The notes beneath the pieces were generated by a model. That model made no database searches and had not been told where the DNA came from. It saw nothing but the letters and a program-made list of their open reading frames with translations. Below are positions 48,917 through 54,171 of a DNA stretch of 54,171 nucleotides, one piece after another. Every line of letters starts with the position of its first letter. Within the stretch, counting starts at the first letter, position 1. Location: positions 1 to 54,171 of the forward strand of contig JAQBGU010000225.1 of assembly GCA_032128375.1 (NCBI GenBank). Direction: 5' to 3'. The translations under genes were made by a program, and so were the position numbers. The DNA comes from Deltaproteobacteria bacterium. Lineage in GTDB: Bacteria; Myxococcota_A; UBA9160; SMWR01.

Positions 48917-50766
48917 GCCTGCGGTGCTTGTCGACGCGCGCCTGGAGGTACGTCGGCTTCGCGGTCGCGATCGCTTCGACGGGTGGATGGGGTACCGCGG
49001 CGGCTCAATCGGTTACGGCGCAGTCGGACCGCGGACCGCACTATCTGGGTGATCCGGTGGAGATCCAGATCGTCGCTGAGGGGTTCGACGAAAACCCCAG
49101 CCCAACGATCGAACCGCCGGAAGCCGGGTCGGCAGGCTGGCGGCTTGTGTATCGGGGTGTCTCGCCCAGTGTGAGTTCATCGATCATGATCGTGGGTGGC
49201 CAGATCCAACGCTCCAAGGAAGTGAAGTTCGTCTTCAGCTACGAATTGCAAGTCGATCGCCCCGGGGCTGTTTCGGTCGGTTCGTTCGTCGTGGTGCAGG
49301 GCTCGACCCAAAAGCCCACGCGCAAGCTCGAGTTCGAATTCCTCGATGTTCCGACGACCGAGCGCATCCAGGTCGAACTCGAGCTTCCCGATGCGCCGGT
49401 GTATCTCGGCGAGCGGGTTCCGGTCACGCTGCGGTTTCGGCTGGCTGGGGCTGTGCGGGAGAACCTGCATCGCTATTGGCTGCGCGTGCCGCTGTTCGAC
49501 CTGAGCGACAGCTTTCGTTTCATCGACCCGCCGGACGCCGCGGGGACCGACGTCAAGATCCAGACGGCGTCAGGCGAGCTGAACCTGAAGGGAGACGCGC
49601 AGGTGTCGACTCGCGCTGGCGAGGAGGTGCTGACAATCTCGATTCGCCGGATTGCGGTCCCGCTGCGCGACGGTCCCGTCAGCATCGAACCGGCAAGCCT
49701 CGATGTGGAAGAGGGGACACGCTTTCGCCGGGATCTGTTTGGGGCAAGGCAAGCGACTCACGTTCGAAAGTGGCGCGTCACGGACCGCGCGCAGCGATTC
49801 GTCGTCAAGCGAATTCCGGCCGATCGCACCCCGCCAAGTTTTGCCGGTGCGGTCGGGACGGGTTTCTCGCTGCGGGTGTCGGCCGACCGTACCGTGGTTC
49901 AGGTGGGGGAGCCGATCGCGCTGACGTTCGAACTGCGCGGAGATGGCAACCTGGAGTCGGCCTCTCTTCCCCGGCTCGACGCACAGGGGCTGCTACCGCA
50001 GACGCAGTTTCGCGTACCGGATGTCGAACTTGCTGGACAGCTGGAAGACGGAACCAAGCACTTCACCGCGATGGTTCGGGTCACCGACCGAAGTGTCACC
50101 GAAATTCCGGCGCTCGAATATAGTTGGTTCGATCCGGCGAGTGAGACGTTTCATACCACGCAGTCGCGGCCGATTGCGCTGAGCGTTCGCGATGCCAGCG
50201 TGATCGGTGCGGCGCAGGTCGAGCGCGAACCCTCGGGTGCGGGCAGCGAGGAAATTCCGGTGCAAGCGTTGGTGACCGGCGCGATTCGGGCTGCGCCGGC
50301 CGCGGGGGGCGGCAGCCTGGCATTGACGGGCGCCGACCTCGCGATCGAGCGAGACCCCGCTCGTTTGGCGCGCACCCAGTCGGACGCGGCAGGAGGCTCC
50401 TGGGGTGTCGCCGGGCTGTACCTGGGAACCATCCTGCTGGTCGGCGTCGCTCAGCTCGATCGGCGCCGTCGCGATATCGACCCCGAGATCACAGCGCGCC
50501 GAGGTCGGTTGAGCGATCAACTCGACTGGGTGCGTGCCGCGGGGGCACTTCCGGCAGCCGAGGCCGCGGGGGCGCTCGCGTCCGCGCTGCGCGCGCTCGT
50601 CGCGCTGGCTCCGTCTGGCAACAGCGCCGAAGTCGATGCGTTCGTCGGAGAGTGCGATGCGAAGAGCTACGCGCCGTCGTCGCAGCGATCTTCGGCGCCG
50701 CTCGATCCGGAGTTTCACGAGCGGGCGCAACAGCTCGCTGAGCGAATCGCGGAGTCCGCCGGATGA
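48913..50766 (+). CDS. batD: BatD-family protein
   Basis: Signal peptide; beta-rich repeats; 'P.SFAGAVG..F', 'VGEPI.LTF.L.G.GNL' and 'IPALEYSWFDP' patterns; C-terminal TM. Confidence 0.82.
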   Translation: MSLRCLSTRAWRYVGFAVAIASTGGWGTAAAQSVTAQSDRGPHYLGDPVEIQIVAEGFDENPSPTIEPPEAGSAGWRLVYRGVSPSVSSSIMIVGGQIQRSKEVKFVFSYELQVDRPGAVSVGSFVVVQGSTQKPTRKLEFEFLDVPTTERIQVELELPDAPVYLGERVPVTLRFRLAGAVRENLHRYWLRVPLFDLSDSFRFIDPPDAAGTDVKIQTASGELNLKGDAQVSTRAGEEVLTISIRRIAVPLRDGPVSIEPASLDVEEGTRFRRDLFGARQATHVRKWRVTDRAQRFVVKRIPADRTPPSFAGAVGTGFSLRVSADRTVVQVGEPIALTFELRGDGNLESASLPRLDAQGLLPQTQFRVPDVELAGQLEDGTKHFTAMVRVTDRSVTEIPALEYSWFDPASETFHTTQSRPIALSVRDASVIGAAQVEREPSGAGSEEIPVQALVTGAIRAAPAAGGGSLALTGADLAIERDPARLARTQSDAAGGSWGVAGLYLGTILLVGVAQLDRRRRDIDPEITARRGRLSDQLDWVRAAGALPAAEAAGALASALRALVALAPSGNSAEVDAFVGECDAKSYAPSSQRSSAPLDPEFHERAQQLAERIAESAG

Positions 50767-51605
50767 GGTCTTGTGTTTGGCTCGCGATGGCTTCGGCCCT
50801 GACGTTCGCGGCACCCATGTCGGCTGCGGGTGACGTGCCCCAACAGCTCGCGCAGCAGGCAGTAGATGCCTACAGCCAGGCGTTGGACACCGAACAGCGC
50901 GATCTGCGACTCGCGGGTTTCCGCACAGCCGAGCGGTTGTTTGCGCGAATGGCCGAGGGGGAGAGCCGCAACCCGGAGCTCTACACCAACTGGGGCAATG
51001 CGGCCCTGCAGGCGGACCATCTGGGAGCTGCGGTACTTGCGTACCGTCGCGCGCTCGCACTCGACCCCGATCATCCGCGTGCAATCCAGAATCTCGAGCA
51101 TGCGCGAAGCCTGCTGCCAGAGTGGGTTCCGCGGCCGGCCGGTACCGGGTTCCTGGACACGTTCTTTCATTGGCGCCGCACGCTGTCGGCATCCGAACGC
51201 TCGCGCGCAGCAGCGCTGGCCTTCGCGGCGGCTGGCTTGTTGGTGGCCCTGGGGCTGAGGTTTGGCAAGCAGGGCAACAACGCACCCCGCAACGCGGCCA
51301 TCCTCCCGGCGCTGGTCTGGGTCGTGCTGCTGGCCTCGGTTGCATTGGATTCCGAGCCAGGCGCGCGAGACGAAGCCGTGCTGATGGCTGACGAAACGCT
51401 TGCCCGAGCCGCCGACTCGGCACTGGCCCCGCAGACATTGCCTGCGCCGCTCCCCGCTGGAGTCGAAGTGCAAATCCTGGAACGGCGGTCTCCCTGGCTG
51501 CGGATTCGGCTGGCCAGCGGTCGCGATGCGTGGATCCCGGAATCCGCCGCCTCCCGCGTCTCCGATTCCTCGGACTTCTCCGGGGATCAATCGAAAGCCG
51601 GCTAG
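50763..51605 (+). CDS. batE: BatE-like protein (TPR, TM helices, SH3-like domain)
   Basis: 'LYTNWGNAA....LGAAVLAYRRALALDP...A.QNL' TPR; two TM segments; C-terminal 'LPAGVEV.ILE...WLRIRL.SG..AWIP' SH3b-like. Confidence 0.8.
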   Translation: MRSCVWLAMASALTFAAPMSAAGDVPQQLAQQAVDAYSQALDTEQRDLRLAGFRTAERLFARMAEGESRNPELYTNWGNAALQADHLGAAVLAYRRALALDPDHPRAIQNLEHARSLLPEWVPRPAGTGFLDTFFHWRRTLSASERSRAAALAFAAAGLLVALGLRFGKQGNNAPRNAAILPALVWVVLLASVALDSEPGARDEAVLMADETLARAADSALAPQTLPAPLPAGVEVQILERRSPWLRIRLASGRDAWIPESAASRVSDSSDFSGDQSKAG

Positions 51606-51716
51606 CCGAAGTCTCGGGCCCGACGCGCACGAACGTGTCCTCGCTGGTTAGGGAGTGCACCGGAACCCCGGTCGATGTGCAAGCTTCCGGCCCGCGCCTG
51701 GAGCCGCTGCATAAAC

Positions 51717-51725
51717 TGTTAGAAT
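51717..51725 (+). promoter_or_regulatory. Extended -10 element (TGnTAGAAT) 6 nt before the yqgE ATG; probable leaderless promoter
   Basis: tgttagaat-ttcggc-ATG with no Shine-Dalgarno sequence. Confidence 0.55.
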
Positions 51726-51731
51726 TTCGGC

Positions 51732-52796
51732 ATGCAGCACCACTGGATTCGGCGAGCGTTCGGGGCGGCCGCGATCTTGATCGCGACGTCGTTTCCCGCG
51801 ACCGCGGAGCGGCCTGCTGCCGCGCTCGAGATTGCTCGACCGCCCGCTCTCAACTACTCCGATGCCAACGCGCCTCGCAGGGGCCGCTTTCTGGTGGCCG
51901 CGCGTCATGCGGTTGGGCCGTTTTTCTATCAGACCGTGGTTGTGCTGCTGGGCGCCGACCACGAGGGCGCCATCGGTCTCGTCATCAACCGGCCGACACA
52001 GCTACCCGTCTCGGCGTTGTTGCCCAATGTGGCCGAGGTCCAGGAGCGGACCGAGCCTGCGCATTTTGGCGGACCCGTTGAGCCCAACCGGGTGATGGTG
52101 TTGATCGAATCCGACAAACAGCCGCCGGAATCGCTGCAGGTAATCGAGAATGTGTTCGCATCCAGCAGCCTCGAGTCACTGCAGGCTATGGCAAAGGCGA
52201 GCGGTGCCGCGCTGCGGTTTCGGGCCTATGTGGGATACGCCGGCTGGGGACCGGGCCAGCTCGATGCCGAGATTGGCCGCGGCGATTGGCATGTTGACTC
52301 CGGCGACCCCAAGGCGATCTTCGACATGCCAGCAAACGAAGTCTGGCCGAAGTTCATTCAGCGCAACACCGGAATTCAGACCCGTCGCCAGGGGGCGCCG
52401 ATTTGCCTGCCTGGTCGACCCGAGATTTCGTTTCGCGTCGAGCCTGTGTGGTGGCGGGCCAGGCTACCGACGGATGTTGCGCTTGAAGCGTTTCACCAGC
52501 CAGGCGAGCACGCCAACATGCACGACGAGTCCGACCGCGATTGTCGACCAGTAGCCGGGCGCTCCCTCGCTGGCCAACCAGAACGCCTTGAGTGGCCAAA
52601 ATGGCGGGATCACGCCTGCCAGATATTGCCACGGCGGATCTACGAAGTAAGCGGCAACCGGGATCAACGCCAGATTGCCCACAGTCTTGGCAAACGCGAA
52701 GCCCTGGACCTTGTTCTCGCACATCCCCGCCATCAACAGCGTCATGATCGGTGTTTCGATCGCATACAGCAGCGCGATCGGCACCAGCTGGTGTGA
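51732..52796 (+). CDS. YqgE/AlgH (DUF179) family protein with signal-peptide-like N-terminus; 3' end overlaps the convergent gene
   Basis: GRFLVA, F..TVV.L, GAIGLVINRP, FGGPVE and YVGYAGWGPGQLDAEI.RG.W motifs; conserved domain ends near 52370. Confidence 0.85.
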   Translation: MQHHWIRRAFGAAAILIATSFPATAERPAAALEIARPPALNYSDANAPRRGRFLVAARHAVGPFFYQTVVVLLGADHEGAIGLVINRPTQLPVSALLPNVAEVQERTEPAHFGGPVEPNRVMVLIESDKQPPESLQVIENVFASSSLESLQAMAKASGAALRFRAYVGYAGWGPGQLDAEIGRGDWHVDSGDPKAIFDMPANEVWPKFIQRNTGIQTRRQGAPICLPGRPEISFRVEPVWWRARLPTDVALEAFHQPGEHANMHDESDRDCRPVAGRSLAGQPERLEWPKWRDHACQILPRRIYEVSGNRDQRQIAHSLGKREALDLVLAHPRHQQRHDRCFDRIQQRDRHQLV

Positions 52797-53204
52797 CGGC
52801 AGCGGTGCCAGCTTCGCCATCACGAGCACGGCAAACGCAATCGCGCTGGAACCCAGCAGCGGAACACCGATCCGATACACGAGATAGCCCTCGATCGACA
52901 TCGGTGTGACGAGCAGAGCGCGCAGCGTACCGTCGTCGCGCTCGTCGAGCAGCATGAATCCGAGCACCTGCCCGAGGATCAGCGGGACCATCGCCACAAC
53001 GAGGTAGCTGACGACCAGCACATGGTATGGCGCCAGGTCGAAGTCGTGTGCTCGCAGCAGCCATTGGGTCAGTGCCGGCAGACCCCAGTACAAAATGGCG
53101 CCTAGAACGAATGGGAGAAGCAGGACCCAACGCAGAAAGGAGTCGCGGCGAACTGTCCTGGCATCGATTGGCCCGAGTGTCTTCAGGATCGCGACGGGGT
53201 TCAC
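52464..53204 (-). CDS. ABC-2 type exporter permease (fluoroquinolone-export family-like)
   Basis: 'LLDERDDGTLRALLVTP' and 'ENKVQGFA' motifs, about 6 TM; GTG start overlaps the upstream TGA. Confidence 0.85.
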   Translation of the reverse strand: MNPVAILKTLGPIDARTVRRDSFLRWVLLLPFVLGAILYWGLPALTQWLLRAHDFDLAPYHVLVVSYLVVAMVPLILGQVLGFMLLDERDDGTLRALLVTPMSIEGYLVYRIGVPLLGSSAIAFAVLVMAKLAPLPSHQLVPIALLYAIETPIMTLLMAGMCENKVQGFAFAKTVGNLALIPVAAYFVDPPWQYLAGVIPPFWPLKAFWLASEGAPGYWSTIAVGLVVHVGVLAWLVKRFKRNIRR

Positions 53205-53908
53205 GACCGCGCCCCGCGGCTGCGAATCACGAATCGAACGAACGCCCGATGTGCAACCCGATACAGCACCGCGATCGTGAGTCCCCAGTAGCCGATCGCG
53301 TAGGCCCATTCTGCGGCAGACAGCGGCCGAATCGCCGCTTCGACCCACACGAGCATGGCGCGCACTGGATGCAAGTAGAGAATCGCGGGGTCAAAGATTG
53401 CCAACGAGCCGAGAACCGGGATCTGCCAAAGAAAGTTCACGAACACCGCCGGGAACAGCAGGCCTGTGATCGAGTCATACCGAACCGCCACCGCAAAGCC
53501 GAACAACACGTACGCAATAGCCATGGCGATGGTTCCGCTGATCAGCGGGAACAGCGCGATCGGGCTCGGATACACGATCGCGACCATGAGAACCGTCTCG
53601 ACTACCGCGAGCAGTGTCAACGTCAAGACCTTCGATGCGAGGTATTCACCGACCCGAAGCGGCGTTACCACCAGCGCTTCCAATGTTCCGTCGTCTTTTT
53701 CGAACAGCACCATTGCCGCGACGAAAAAGAAGGCGGTCACCGTCAGGTTGCCGAGTACGAACGCGGGAATCGCGAAGCCCATCGGACCCAGGTCGAGCGG
53801 CCACAGCAGCGCAACGAACGTCACCAGGACGACTGCGCCCGCCGCGACCAGGCCGAACCGCCACTGCAACAACAAGTCGCCTCGCAGCGCGGTCGCCAAC
53901 CGCCTCAT
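53201..53908 (-). CDS. ABC-2 type exporter permease (fluoroquinolone-export family-like)
   Basis: 'VLFEKDDGTLEALVVTPL...YL.SK' motif, about 6 TM. Confidence 0.85.
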   Translation of the reverse strand: MRRLATALRGDLLLQWRFGLVAAGAVVLVTFVALLWPLDLGPMGFAIPAFVLGNLTVTAFFFVAAMVLFEKDDGTLEALVVTPLRVGEYLASKVLTLTLLAVVETVLMVAIVYPSPIALFPLISGTIAMAIAYVLFGFAVAVRYDSITGLLFPAVFVNFLWQIPVLGSLAIFDPAILYLHPVRAMLVWVEAAIRPLSAAEWAYAIGYWGLTIAVLYRVAHRAFVRFVIRSRGARS

Positions 53909-54171
53909 GTCAGGCGCCGTCCAGTCACGTCGATGAATACCTGTTCCAGTGTTGTCTCCTGGCTGTGTAGAGTCTCGATATCGGCCTTTCGCAGCAGTTC
54001 GGCAAAATCCGTGTTGTCGCCGATTCCCGCCATTGGGAAATCCGCAATCTCGAGCCCGTCGCCGACGCGATACTCGACGCGCAACTCGCGTCGGCCATGC
54101 TCCAGCTTGAGTTCACGCGGCGCGCCCACACAGCGCAACTCGCCGTCCACGATGAACGCGACCCGGTCGCA
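53905..54171 (-). CDS. ABC transporter ATP-binding protein, C-terminal part (5' end outside the window)
   Basis: 'CDRVAFIVDGEL..VGAPRELK' and 'HSQETTLEQVFIDVTGRRL'; coupled to the two permeases. Confidence 0.85.
   Translation of the reverse strand, partial: CDRVAFIVDGELRCVGAPRELKLEHGRRELRVEYRVGDGLEIADFPMAGIGDNTDFAELLRKADIETLHSQETTLEQVFIDVTGRRLT

Noticed and set aside
46620..51660. Long minus-strand ORFs (46620-48218, 49993-51660) and similar antisense ORFs elsewhere
   Set aside because: Arg/Pro-rich shadow frames opposite well-supported genes, typical of high-GC DNA.

Overview
GC-rich bacterial chromosomal segment. Gene content (TIGR02266-type PilZ protein, giant TPR protein, TPR-kinase, paralogous Hsp70/J pair) suggests a Myxococcota/deltaproteobacterial-type organism; this is an inference. 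Most of the window is housekeeping: yebC-ruvCAB, lpxC, pyrK-pyrD, rimP-nusA-infB-DUF503-rbfA-truB-rpsO-pnp-dut-cdsA-purB-purS, a MoxR/DUF58/Bat operon, yqgE and an ABC-2 exporter at the right edge. I found no rRNA, tRNA, CRISPR array or mobile element. Highlights: (1) a gene missing from the ORF track at the left edge, encoding a lipoprotein with two redoxin domains fused to a multiheme cytochrome c domain; (2) a single in-frame TAG in an otherwise intact pyrD; (3) an OleA-like condensing enzyme beside a LolA-like protein and an MMPL transporter; (4) a lidless Hsp70 coupled to a J-domain/TPR partner; (5) repeated short tandem-repeat expansions inside or beside conserved genes (ruvC, rimP, dut, DUF58, BatB fusion, pyrD-rimP spacer). 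All calls come from reading motifs by eye; no searches were run.
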